Position numbers and translations under genes: made by a program. Positions 9,716-22,157 of a stretch of DNA of 64,000 nucleotides are shown in pieces. This DNA is from Lingula anatina. Its lineage: Eukaryota; Animalia; Brachiopoda. Where the stretch lies: the NCBI GenBank assembly GCA_051362555.1, contig CM120649.1, positions 310,001-374,000 on the forward strand, in the 5' to 3' direction. A model generated the notes under the pieces. That model made no database searches, had not been told where the DNA came from, and worked only from the letters and a program-made list of their open reading frames with translations. How positions within the stretch are numbered: the first letter of the stretch is position 1; the number at the start of each line of letters is the position of its first letter.

Positions 9716-12700
9716 CTGGAGTTACTGGCCAGGGTAGACCTCTGCTCCAAAGTTTAGTGGTAGAGCACTTCCATGATAAGCAAGTCTGTGAGGTTCAATT
9801 CTGGTCTGGTCAGGTATTTTCTTAAAAAAAATTACTGGTTGGCTTTATAAAAGTGTGCAAGTTGAGGAGATGAGAGCAAAGATAAAAATTCAAGAGCTCC
9901 CATATCACATTTTGTGCTACTGAGCATGTGTGTTACAGTGTAAGTGAATGTATGATTATGTCTTATTTTATACATTTATTTGATTGTAATCACTGATGAC
10001 ACACACAAGCACACTCATTTATGATTGAATGAATAAAGTGAAAATTAAAGTTAAATAAAAGAATAATAATATAATGTGTAAATGAAGATAGATAAATTAA
10101 TACCTTGCTAATTAATGAACCATACACCATTTGTGACTGCTCATTACCTTTTCTGTATATTTTAATATTAATTTTATGTTAAAGCACTGTAAACAAAGAC
10201 TGAAATGGTTATTTTAGATACAATTATCTCTTAATCAAGTATTTACTCTCGTATGATATTTCAGATTGATATGGCTTTATGCATGTAACCTGGGATTATT
10301 TACTTTGCAGGTTTTCTCATTGAATAAACTGAACACAGTTGTAGATGAATTCTGGGCAGAAATCTCTGAGGCAGTTGACAAGATGTAAGTGAATATGCTT
10401 GTTTGTTATTGTGCTTTGTCTGCTGGACCATCTTAAGTTGGTCATGAAACACTAATATCTCTGGCCCCATTCAGAATAGGGGACTAACTAATCCGAGGGT
10501 CAAATATGGCCAACCCACTTGAATACTTCCCCACAGGATATCTTTTCAGTGTCTGTCAGTGGATTAGACGGCAAGCTTGGTAGTGGGTCACCATATTTGA
10601 CCCTTGGACTAGTTAGTCCCCTATTCTGAATGGGGCCTTAGGCAGACTTGTCTAACTTTTTGCCTGCCAGCCAAATTAAGTTGAAACTCTTGAAATCGCA
10701 TGGTACATCCCCTCATAAGATTTACAAAAAAATACTAGTACCAGTAAGTTAAATAACTATAAATGTTTCTTATTCTGTATGTGAAACTGAAAACAGCAAG
10801 TATTTCCTCTGTCACGTTATGTGCTCAAAGTTACAGTTACTGTTTCAAGGGTGTAAGTAACTCCAAACAAAGTGTTTGTTTGAGGAAACAGCTTTTTGTA
10901 AAGTAAAAAATGCTAATTAAATAAAGTGTAAGTTTTCAGCTCCCAAACTCTGGAATAAATATATAAATATTGGCTTTAAGGGGCAATTTTTTCACTTGGA
11001 TGATTGAATAGCTAAAATGAAATGAAGTTTACATATATGTATGTGTTGATACATGTGTTGTTATCTTACAGTGAGATGCTGTATGAAGATACCACCTTCA
11101 AGCACAGAGAACTGGCAGCTCTGGTGGCTTCCAAGGTAACGTACACTATACATAGGAACAATTATCTTGGTTAAATTATGTTTTTTACTTTTTTGTTTTG
11201 TTTTCCTGCCTACGTGTTCTGTAGATGTTAAAAAAGTTAAATCAGTTGCTATATGCTTTTGTTACAAACTGCAAAATTACTCACATGAGATATTTCCATG
11301 GACAGTCAGGTATTTTCATCGTGTCCCATAGCCGAGAGTATTTGGTGCTGCCGAGGTTTTTCCAGTATTAGCACTCTTTATGAAGATTTTCTCAAAACAG
11401 GGGAGATAGTTGTCTCTTATTTTTCTCACCAATTATCTCTTCTATTTCAGACAAAGCTCTGCAACCTTTACTTTATCTTTTACAGAAAGTGTAAAGAATA
11501 TATTTTTATTTAGGGGTACTATCACCTTGGCGCCTTTGAAGAGTCAGTCATGTACATGCTCCTCAAATGTAAAATATTTCATAATTATGTTTCTATTTTA
11601 GGTGTACTACCATCTTGGGGCCTTTGAGGAGTCCGTCACCTATGCCCTGGGCGCTGGCTCTCTCTTTGATGTCAACGACACTTCGGAGTATGTTGAGACT
11701 ATTATTGGTAGGTAAAGCTTATTGATTAAAAAAAAAAAAATAAATACTAAGGTAAATAGATAATTAAATGGATAGATAAATGAATAGATATTTAATATAT
11801 GCATCATACTGGTTATGGATTTGTGTGTGAAAAGAAACTGGCAAGACTTGGGCATATAAGTATTTAACATCAGGATAACAGAGACAATGAAAATGACAAG
11901 GTGCCCGCAGATGCTTGACATTCTCAGCAATAAAATTCAATAAGGTAGACATTTTAGAAAATGCAGTCCAATTTCCCTTCTATTTCTTCAGCAAAATGCA
12001 TTGATAGTTACACTAGAATGAGAGTCCACAATGCAGAGAGCGATGATGTTGACCAGAAACCCATGGATTCCCGTCTGGAGGCAGTGGTGAACCGAATGTT
12101 CCAAAGATGTTTTGATGACAAGCAGTTCAAACAGGTTAATGTCTCATATCTTCAGATTAATTTATTGTCATCTAGAAATTCTTTTCAGTGTAGTAAATTG
12201 ATTAGATTATGAGTTTTAAAATGTGTAATTTGTCTGTTAATAAATGAAAAACAGTTGAATATAATGGTTAAATTTCTTTCTCTGGTACTGTGGATTATTG
12301 ATGATAGTGATAAAAACTTGCAGATTTTAAATACACAAATTATTGTTGTTCATGATGTGGAACACTCAGAAATTAATGTGCTATACTTTGCCAATTTCAG
12401 GCTGTAGGCATTGCCTTAGAGACCAGGAGAATTGACATCTTTGAGAAGGCCATTCTGCAACCTGTAAGTACCTGTCTATAGAAATGTGGAGGGGTTTTCA
12501 ACAAAGAAAATCATAGTCTCATCACACCAGTGGGGCAAACATTTTGTGCAATACTTGCATAACTATTTGATGCCATTTTGGTTACTGATGTTTTCTTTTC
12601 ACTTTTGAAATTTACCTAAAAGTAATGTGTGAAGCAGAGAAAATGGTTGGGAAGGAATTAAAAAATGTGCAAATATGACACAAAATGTGAGCATCACTCA

Positions 12701-13250
12701 GACAGTCACATTCCTTAATGGAATGACCTGCCAAAATCTTTTAGTCTACTGGCCCTGTGAGAAATCAGGGACTAAGAAAGCTGAATCAGTGGCTGTTATC
12801 TGATCAGAGTTATTTTACTGACCTTCACATTTAAGTTTGTGGCTGGTGTTATGGCTGCAGTCAATTGCTTTGCAAAAGTAATTTAAACTAAGAGTTGACC
12901 TGAAGATTTTTGAGCTAAATTTTTGTCTACTTTGATCCAGGATAATTTAGTATAATTCAGGTTTACTGCCTTGGTCTACTGCTCTCTTTATTATAAAACT
13001 TGTTAACTTTTTAACATGTTTCAGTGATTGATCACTGAATGAATTATTTTATGTAATTCCAGGATAGTGTGTCAGACATGATGACGTATGCCTACAAGGT
13101 GACGATGTCCTTGATTCAGAACCGTCAGTTCCGTAACACCATTCTCCGCGTGCTGGTCAAGATGTACATGGGACTCGCCACACCTGACTATATTAATGTC
13201 TGCCAGGTAATTATTTGGCTCTGTTATCACATGGTTTATTATGGACCTGT

Positions 13251-13289
<39 letters not shown>

Positions 13290-16200
13290 TTTGTTTGTTT
13301 GTTTGTTTGTTGTAATGTAAGCCAGATAATTTATATATATGAAAGCTTGCCTTAGCTTCACTTTATATTACGTCTACCATGAAGAACTTTTACCACTGTA
13401 CTGTATATTTCAGTGTTACATCTTCCTGGATGAACCTCAAGCTGTGGCAGAGATCCTGGAAAAACTGGTCAAGGACAGTGAGGTAGGTGAATGGTTTAGT
13501 TTTCCAACTCCTTTTTATTTCCTTCACATATTTTTTCATTTGTTTCAATGACTTCACATGGTAGTTTCTGCAATATTGGCCTCAAACTGTTTTACTTATG
13601 AAAATGTTTTATGACTTCTTTTGTTCCTTCAAATATTTTTGATGCGTTTGAAGGACTAAGCAGGTAATTTTTTGCAATATTGGCCTCAGAGCATTTTACA
13701 TATAATTGACCCACAGTAAATATACTAGACATTCCAAAATAAGTCACTTTAGTCAGTGAGAGTTTCCCTCCCTCCCTTTCCAGGAGAGTACCCTGATGGC
13801 GTACCAGATCGCCTTTGATCTATACGAGAGTGCCACTCAGCAGTTCTTACAGCGAGTGCAGTCAGCACTGAGGTCCACAGCGCCCATCCCTATCCCAACA
13901 ACGCCAGTCGGGAAGGCAACCAAACCAGAGGACTCCAAAGAGAGGTCAGTTGTTTTTAAAATGACAAGATGAAACTTATTAAGACTCTAAATTAAAGTAA
14001 GAATGACCAAAAATTTTCAGCTAATATGTGACACATGAGGCATCCATTTTACCAAGAACCCTTAAAATAGAAATAATTATATTAGTTTAGATTATATATT
14101 TAAAATTAATATAGTTAAATGAAGTTTGTGGTAATAAAATTGTGCATTTTAGAGCTGAAACTGTAAAACAAATGTTGTCTTCATGTCATAAAGGTAATTA
14201 TCATGTTGTTTACAGTACTATGGAGACAGAAGACAGCACAGTTGATGCAGACAGTGGGAAACCTGCTGAGAGTGCCACACCCAAACTGGAGGATTTGGTG
14301 AGTGTTCCAGAGAAATATTTGAATGTCAGTTATAAGTTTCTTTTCAGAGCAGTTGAGTTAAATACTTTATGGAAAGAAGTGGCCTTTAAGCAATTGTGTT
14401 GTAGATTTCTTTTCTTTTCTTCTAATTTTGTTTTTTATATTACCCCTTTATTAGTATGATATATTATTCACAGTTGTGAAAAAAATTGTTCGCAATTGCA
14501 AATTGATCTTAAAAAGAAACAATATTAGGATATACTTTGCAATAGTTTGTAAAAGATCAAGTCAGAGCACAAGTAGAGGTGGCAAGCTGGTGAATGTATA
14601 ATGTTGTTTAAAAAAAAAAAAAAATAATGATGTAATATTGTTGTTATTCCAGAGTGAATCTGACCGTAAGCTCCAGGAGCAGTTCACCAAGCTCCATACT
14701 ATCCTGGGAGGTGACTTCAGTATTGCTCTCAACCTGCAGTTTCTTATCAGGAACAACAAGACAGACATGTTGATACTGAAGAATACCAAGGTAACCTTCA
14801 CTGTTTGATGGATCTTTTGGATCTAATATGATTAGATTGTGTGTAGGTTGTGCATGAAAACAATATAGCGGGAACAATAATTGATTTTTTTTAATGTGGT
14901 ATTGTCACCTTACCTTTGACCTTCACCTTGACCTTGACCTTGACCTATATCTATTTCCAGGAGGCAGTACGCAACTCTATCTGCCACACAGCCACTGTGA
15001 TGGCCAACGCCTTCATGCATGCCGGCACTACATGTGACCAGTTCCTCAGGTAATAGATAATAATGATGATAATAATAAGATGATGATGAGGATGATGATG
15101 ATACTTGTTAAGATCTGATTTTTAACTGAATTGGCTCTGATATGTTCATAGAGCTGTTGATATTTGTATATAAAAAAAATAATAATAAACAGGGCATTAA
15201 ATAGTAAATAATCATACTATGATGTTAAAAAGTTCTTATATTTTTAACATATGACAAAAAATTCATAAAATGAAACTTTCATGAGGATTGCTTTATTTCT
15301 GAAAAAAAAAAAAAAATTAACTGTGATGTGAAGTGTAGTTTTCTTGGGTGCAAAATACACTGACCTTGACACTGACCTACTTCTAGGGACAACCTGGAGT
15401 GGCTGGCCAGGGCCACAAACTGGGCCAAGTTCACGGCCACTGCCAGCCTCGGTGTCATCCACAAGGGTCATGAGAAGGAGGCTCTGAACTTGATGTCCAC
15501 CTACCTGCCCAAGGACACTGGTCCGGGGTCAGCTTACAGTGAGGGTGGTGGTCTGTATGCTCTAGGTAAGTTATCAGGAATTTTTCTGGCTGACAGCAGG
15601 AATCTGTGTCTCCTTTCTTTGTCTTTTATTTTAATGCAAGATGGAAATAGTGGTCTTGGAAAGAGTGGATTTTATTTGACGATGTGTCTTTGCATGAATT
15701 GATGCTTGCTTTGTGCTCTAGGTAAATGGTGTCAAATATTTTTGAAAGTCAACTGAAATTTATAGCTGTTTTTTTTGTCTGTTTTTGCAAACAAAATCAA
15801 AGAAAGTGTAGATTCTGCATTACTTTGCTTTCTGTAAGGGCTAAATATATCTATATAAAATAAATAATTGGAAATATTTTTTGTGACAACTGTGTAACTT
15901 TTTGTAATTTTTGTAACATGCTATGACAGATAGAGTGGATTGTCTTTTTATGTAAGTCTTGACTTATGGTGTTTATAATGCTTTGTTTTGTTTCCTATTA
16001 TTCAGGTCTTATCCATGCCAATCATGGCGGAGAGATCACAGAGTACCTGCTCAACCAGCTCAAGGATGCTTCCACTGATGTAAGTGGAACATACTCATTA
16101 CTTCATAAATGTACATTTTTAGTCTAGGTTTAACCATTTTACCAGGTTAAGTAAGTTATGTATAAGTGTGCCTAAGCAGATGAATGCACACCAATCTTTA

Positions 16201-18324
16201 AACTGTTCATTTTGATAAAAAAAAAATGGATTTTCCTGGGGTAAACATGATTTTCCCATTCCTACTAAAGTTAGTCCATAATATTTTTTCTAAAAGGCTT
16301 GACTTTCTGTAATAATCGCTTAAGAGATTACTACAGAGGTATCACCATCTTTGAAGGTCCACTTGGTCTGTGATGGCAAGCACCAATTCCAGAATAATTG
16401 TGATAACCAATGTTTTGATGGTAAAATGGAATTTAATATATTTCTATGAGGTGTTTACAATGTATTTAAAGGAGTCTGGTATGAAGAGTTGTTATCAGTT
16501 TGAGATAGCTATTGATGTTGTATTATTTCAGATGGTCCGTCATGGAGCTTGTCTTGGATTGGGGCTGGCTGCTATGGGGACTGCCAGACAGGGTGAGTGA
16601 TGTGTAATAAAGCATTGTCTAGAAATATCATCAGTCCTTTCATTTGTATTGTACTGCTGCTTTGCTTGATGATGATGAAAAATGTCAAAAGATGAATCTA
16701 AAAAAAAAAAAAAAGAATAATAATATAGTAAATTGATATCTGTGAGCACTTTCAAGTTCAGGTTAGACGAAGATAACATTTCTTGCTGAGATAACATGCT
16801 TAGCAGTGGTGCTTGTTGTTATTGGGACATTGGTCTGGCTGTGAGTAACTTGAGGTCAACCTATATCAAGATGACACAGTGACTGCTGAAGCGGCAGGTC
16901 TTGTATTCCAATACTACCCTTTCATGTCATCTATATTCTATACAACTCTGAAAAGCTCAAGTTGATCTTATATCAAGATGATACTGTTACTGGAGAGCAT
17001 TCAAATATTAACCTTTCATGTCATCTATATTGTAGACATCTATGAACAGCTCAAGTTCAACCTGTACCAGGATGACGCAGTGACGGGAGAGGCGGCAGGT
17101 CTCGCTATGGGGCTGGTAATGTTGGGCACCAAGTCTGCCACTGCCATTGAAGATATGGTGGCTGTGAGTAGTTTCTACATCATCACTGATAATAACCTTG
17201 ATACATGATGTTGTTGACTTGAATTCATAATCCCTTATATTTTCTATAGTATGAATGCTTAATTGAATTTTTTGAAGTCATGTTAGGTGTTCAGATTAGA
17301 TATATCTTTAAAGAAATTTTTGACATAGCTGAATACATTCATCCAATGTTATAATTTTTTTTTTAATAATTTAGATTTGATAATTACCAGAGAATGTTTA
17401 AATCTTTTACAAATGTTAAATATTTTATTTTAGTATGCCCAAGAGACTCAGCACGAGAAAATTCTCCGTGGTTTGGCTGTGGGCATTGCACTGACCATGT
17501 TTGGTAGGCTGGAGGAGGCCGATACCCTGATTGAGAGCCTGTCACGTGACAAAGACCCCATCCTACGCTGGTCAGGAATGTACACGGTTGCCATGGCGTA
17601 CTGCGGAACAGGAAACAACAAGGCTATCAGGAAGTTGTTGCATGTTGCTGTGAGTAGTGTAGCCATAGTAACAGTGTTGTAACAATGTTTATATTGTGAG
17701 ACTATGATAAAGTGACCTAGTGCTACAATGCTTAAATGTTTAAAAAAATTATGACTTGTGGAAATTAAAAGAAAATATTTTTTCTCCATATAGTTGTATT
17801 GATAACAGTAGTATCTCCATAACAATAGTGTGACAATACTGATACAGTGACTGCATGATAAAACAACAGTAGTGTAACAATGTTTATTGTAGGTATTGCT
17901 TACTGAAGCTATGAAAAGGTTTTCTCTCCATGTAATCTTATTTGATTCACAGTTATCGTTTAACAATGATGTCATTTAAAGACATATCCACCAACTGGTG
18001 TATTTATCAGCCAAGCACACACATTTGATAATTTCGGCATTGTGGTAATTCTCTTTCCCTTTTGTATTCTCAGTGTTTCACTGAAGTGTCCCAGTTTTTG
18101 TGGGCATACACATTTTCCTACATGGATTATTTTATCTATAGCCTTTGTGGCAATTGCTCAAAGCTACAGCATAGAAAAGGAATGTGGTGTTTTATTAATG
18201 GACATTAATGGACACAGAGGCTGGATGTTACAATGTTGTTGTTGTTGTTGTTTTTCCAGGTCAGTGATGTCAATGATGATGTCAGGAGAACGGCCGTCAC
18301 TGCCCTCGGCTTCTTGCTATTCAG
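8865..18324 (+). CDS. PSMD1: 26S proteasome non-ATPase regulatory subunit 1 (Rpn2), first 19 coding exons; gene continues beyond the window
   Basis: Exons with GT-AG boundaries and consistent phase: 8865-8889, 9298-9341, 10311-10384, 11072-11135, 11602-11707, 11992-12134, 12401-12463, 13063-13206, 13414-13482, 13784-13944, 14216-14297, 14653-14790, 14961-15049, 15387-15565, 16006-16079, 16532-16592, 17036-17163, 17434-17649, 18260-18324 (1925 nt). The translation [17 protein letters not shown]...DEFWAEISE...[29 protein letters not shown]...[22 protein letters not shown] matches PSMD1/Rpn2. The start could be ATG 8865 or 8871. Confidence 0.97.
8996..9006 (-). promoter_or_regulatory. Antioxidant response element (GTGACTCAGCA) in PSMD1 intron 1
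   Basis: Perfect match to the CNC-sMaf consensus RTGACTCAGCA, about 110 nt downstream of exon 1. Confidence 0.65.
9371..9500. repeat. Compound (TG)n microsatellite
   Basis: TG runs interrupted by TATGCTCA. Confidence 0.9.
9502..9836 (+). mobile_element. Degenerate TRIM (miniature LTR retrotransposon) with tRNA-like LTRs, Helenus-like
   Basis: Direct repeats at about 9502-9625 and 9717-9836. LTR1 has A-box TAGCTCAGTGGTAGAGC; LTR2 shares AGTGGTAGAGCAC and has B-box GGTTCAATTC. LTR1 ends TTACA and is followed by PBS TGGTGGCAGCGGTG (9627-9640). A purine/G tract (9673-9715) abuts LTR2. Confidence 0.72.
10463..10637. mobile_element. MITE family A, copy 1 (long TIRs)
   Basis: GGCCCCATTCAGAATAGGGGACTAACTAATCCGAGGGTCAAATATGG...CCATATTTGACCCTTGGACTAGTTAGTCCCCTATTCTGAATGGGGCC, a ~47-57 bp near-perfect inverted repeat followed by TTA. 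Confidence 0.85.
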
Positions 18325-21300
18325 GTAGGACCCAAGTTTTCTATATGCTTGCTTTCTCTTCACATTGGCTTTGGTGCTGTGATATTTTCAGGGAAAGATT
18401 GACAGAATTGTAACATTTATGAATATGGTAGTGTGAATATATTTTCAGCATTATCTGCATTTGGGAAAATGATACTGTACATGTACAGCCAGATTATAGA
18501 GGTTGTGCTGAGAATGATGGTGTTAGAGAAGATCTGAGAAGCAATCAGGTGTGCTGCTGCAGCACAACCAGTACAGCCCTGTGCACCTTTTGATTGAATA
18601 TGTAACAGAATATGTAACAGAATGCCATATTTTTTCATATCATGTCATTGTTCTGAGAACATCATGTTCTGAGAACATAATTGCTCTGTTGATCTTGGGA
18701 AATGTATTACCTTGCACAGTACAACACTTGATTCTGTTGTTATATGTATTGTGGAACAGTCTTTTTGACTGTTCTACCTCTCTTTTGTCATATTACACCT
18801 AATAGACAGGCAGAGAAACAGGTAGACAGATATAGATTATGAGATGTAAAGAATGTGAGAACGAAAAACATCAACATTAAAAATTTAATAATGTCAGGGG
18901 TGTAATCAAAGAAAAAAGGAACACCCCAATATATCATGTCAGAAGCCTGAAAGCTGTGTATTATACCAGCTTCTAAACTGCAGACATGGATGTAACTGTG
19001 TTGTGAATTTGTACATTATGCAAATAGTGTTTTATCATTTGCTATACAAATTAATACCATAACCTATCCAAGCATTCAAAGTTGATTAACCTCAGATGGG
19101 GCCTTTCTTTGATTATGGATGCAGGGAGAGTTACGTTGCCACCTACAGTATTGTTTTTAATTAGAGGAAAAGTTTGTTGCTAAGCAACTAATATGCTATT
19201 ATCAGTACTACTGTTCATGAATAACTGATATCTCTCAAATTTCTCGTTTGTTTTACTCTTAGACTAGTAGAAAGTTATATTTTCAATATAGGTGATAAGA
19301 TGATAAATGAACTATTGTGAATAATGTAATCAGTTCATCTGGCAGTTGCTCTTCATGACTATGCCAGAGTAACGAGGAGAAATGTAGGATGTTGTTAGCC
19401 AGATTCTCTTGTCCTGTGACGTATGAGAAAATATAATTAATTATTGAGAAATACCAATGTTTTGATTATGGTTTATCAATTACAGCCAAGACAACAGGTT
19501 GGTACCATGCATTACCAGTATGTGTTCCTCAGGTACTTGCTGAACATGGAAATCATACTCCTGGAAATAATAGCGTCATTTTGATGGCGGTTCACCCACA
19601 GGTCATCGTGTCCTTGGACACATCATTTAAGAGACAACTTGAGTGATGGATGACCTCCTGATATCATATTGAAATTGTCTGATTCTGATGGATTGTCTTT
19701 ATAAGTGTACTTTTATTGGTGTTGTACACAGACGTAGTGGTCATTTGCTGTTGAATGGCAATAGACAGAACCCAGTTGGGGGGAGGGGGGGTATATGTGT
19801 ATTCCCAGATTGTCAGAGGTTTCTCCTTTTGCTCTGCCAATAAACAACAAAACAGTACAAAACCAACCCATTTTTCCATCTCCGTCCCTAACATACATAA
19901 GAAAATTGCTGGAGTATACTTTTGTATGTTTTCTGAGTGAAGTACTAGCAAGGCAGTTTTTTTCCTTGTTCACCCTCAGTTAAATTCTGGGTCCTTAATT
20001 GAGAGCCCCATCTCATTCCCATGTATAAAAGTGGTTTGTTGGAGGAATTATTATTATTTGATTGTCACTGTTGTTGGTGCTAAACGTGTTGCAGGAGCAT
20101 TTCCACAGCTGTAGGTAATTTTCTTGAAGTTGTCACACAACAATTTTCCAAATCTTATTGGCACAAACAATCTTAGATCATAAAATGATCTGATATTTCT
20201 GAGAAATGATACTCCATCATCATCCATCATTTACCTTTCAATAAACACCAAGGTCATCATCAGTGGACCTCTTGTGATACTGACCTGTCGTGACTGTAGA
20301 CACAATGACCAAGGCAAAATGGCCTCTTATTATGTATAATAACGTTTGCTTATCTTATAATTGTTGTTCAGAGAGATGGCAAGTTTTAAAATTGGTTTAC
20401 CAACATCCCATTCATGACCTTCAAATTATAATAGTTTTTGTACTCTGTGAAAGTATTTGGTTGTGTTATATCTTGTGTTGATAGGAAGAAACCGTAGCCA
20501 TGCAAGAAAGCGTAGAAGCAAAAATGCTGAAAAAATCCATCACATTCATTGCCTCCCTATTGGTTGCCAATTATCTGTCTACTCCTTGGTTGTTCTTCTC
20601 CTCCTCACTTCTGCTGGCACAATCTCAGATTCAATCAGGCACAATTAGATGAGCCAGGAGACTCTGTAGGAGGGGTTATTTATAGAAAGTTTTCTCACCA
20701 GAACTGCTAGAGTGGCAGCATAGGGTGAGGAACTCTCTCTCTATGGGCTGATGGAAGTCTTGCCTGGGGTTGGTGTCTTAAAAGGGTTTCATCTAAAAAC
20801 TTGGGCTTAACTTTTAGACTAGAAATTTAGTCACCTAAATTTGAGACAAATCAGTTGTAGTCTACTTTAGATAAAGTAGGTACTAATCTGAATCATAAGT
20901 CATGTCTTTTTTTTGTTATATAACTATATATAACTAGCAGATTATTTTATTTAAGTAGTGTGTCACTGGTTTGGCTGGGGTCAGAGGTGACAGTAGTGTG
21001 AGTTTTGACATAAAGTTGTATAGAGCAGTGTTTTAAGGTTGACTTTCTGATTCTGAACACGTTATTTTCTGTTTGGATTTTTGTCACTTTTTTATGTGAT
21101 AAGTTGTGATAAGTTCTCTTATGTCATGGCCCTATGGGGCACAAACTAATGACCTTTTATTCTGCAAGTAAGTCTTTTTTGAAAAATCTGTTTACAGAGA
21201 TTATGTTCTCAACCCCGTTGGGGGTCAGCAATAAAGATATTATTTTTATATCAGCTTCAATGTTTTAGTTCACAAAAGACATTTTGCAGAACTTGTTAAT

Positions 21301-21951
21301 CATATTTCACTAAAATCTTTATTACCTGGCATCATGTGCATGTTGTGGATTTTCATTAGTGTATTTTTTTTTTTTCGTTTTTACATGTGACTCCAGCAGC
21401 TTTAGAGGGTGCTGCTGAGCATGGCAAGAGTAAAGAAGCAATTTAGAATGGACATTATGTGCTGGAAGGTGACTGTTTTATAGATAGAAGAGGCTGTTTT
21501 CTGGTTCAACTGTTCTGCTTTTTAATCGAAGACATTTTTTATTTGTATATGAGGCCCATGAGTCTTGGGTGGCATTGCACAAAAAGTTTGATGTGTTTTA
21601 AGCCTTAACTTAGCTGACTAAATATGGTGAAGCTGACTGTGGTAATAGCCAGTACCTTGTAACTTTGATCTAAGAGCATTTTACAGGGAACTGACCTACA
21701 AGAAAAAGGAGTTAGCTCATCTAAATGGTCTGTTGTTACCACTGAGGATAAAAATGTTCCTCAAGGCGGTCTAAATCAGCTTGTTAAAAGACTGAATGAA
21801 ATGGGATAAGGGGCCTTACAAATTCTCTCTCAAATGAAACTTTGTGGAAAAAACTTAATAGCATTCTTTGCTCAAATTGATGTACATGTTTTGTGAAATG
21901 GATCCTTGATGGTTATTGTTGAGCTTATTGTAAATAGAAACAATCAATAAA

Positions 21952-22157
21952 GCCCCCCTTTACACTGGATGGTGGCCCATAGCAAGGCTTCATCTGAGAG
22001 AACAAAATACTACTTTACATGCCGACAACTGGCTGATCATTGAGTATTCATTCTGCAACCAAAGCGATTCCGTGCCTCCTTACTTCGACCACAGCGATCC
22101 CAGTTTAATGTCGCAAGAAAGGACTCAGAAAGGACGCCGACCAGTGTAAATAGGGCC
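21952..22157. mobile_element. MITE with short TIRs (Harbinger-like)
   Basis: GCCCCCCTTTACACTGG ... CCAGTGTAAATAGGGC terminal inverted repeats with TAA/TAG flanks. Confidence 0.6.

Noticed and set aside
9522-9812. Functional tRNA genes
   Set aside because: A-box and B-box-like sequence is present, but neither copy forms an intact cloverleaf. They are better explained as TRIM LTRs.
15705-15830. Duplicate of the exon-14 donor (TGCTCTAGGTAA)
   Set aside because: Only about 12 nt are identical, with weak downstream similarity. It may be a third exon-edge duplication, but I cannot support that by eye.
17448-17975. 175-aa minus-strand ORF
   Set aside because: Antisense shadow of PSMD1 exon 18 plus repetitive intron sequence.
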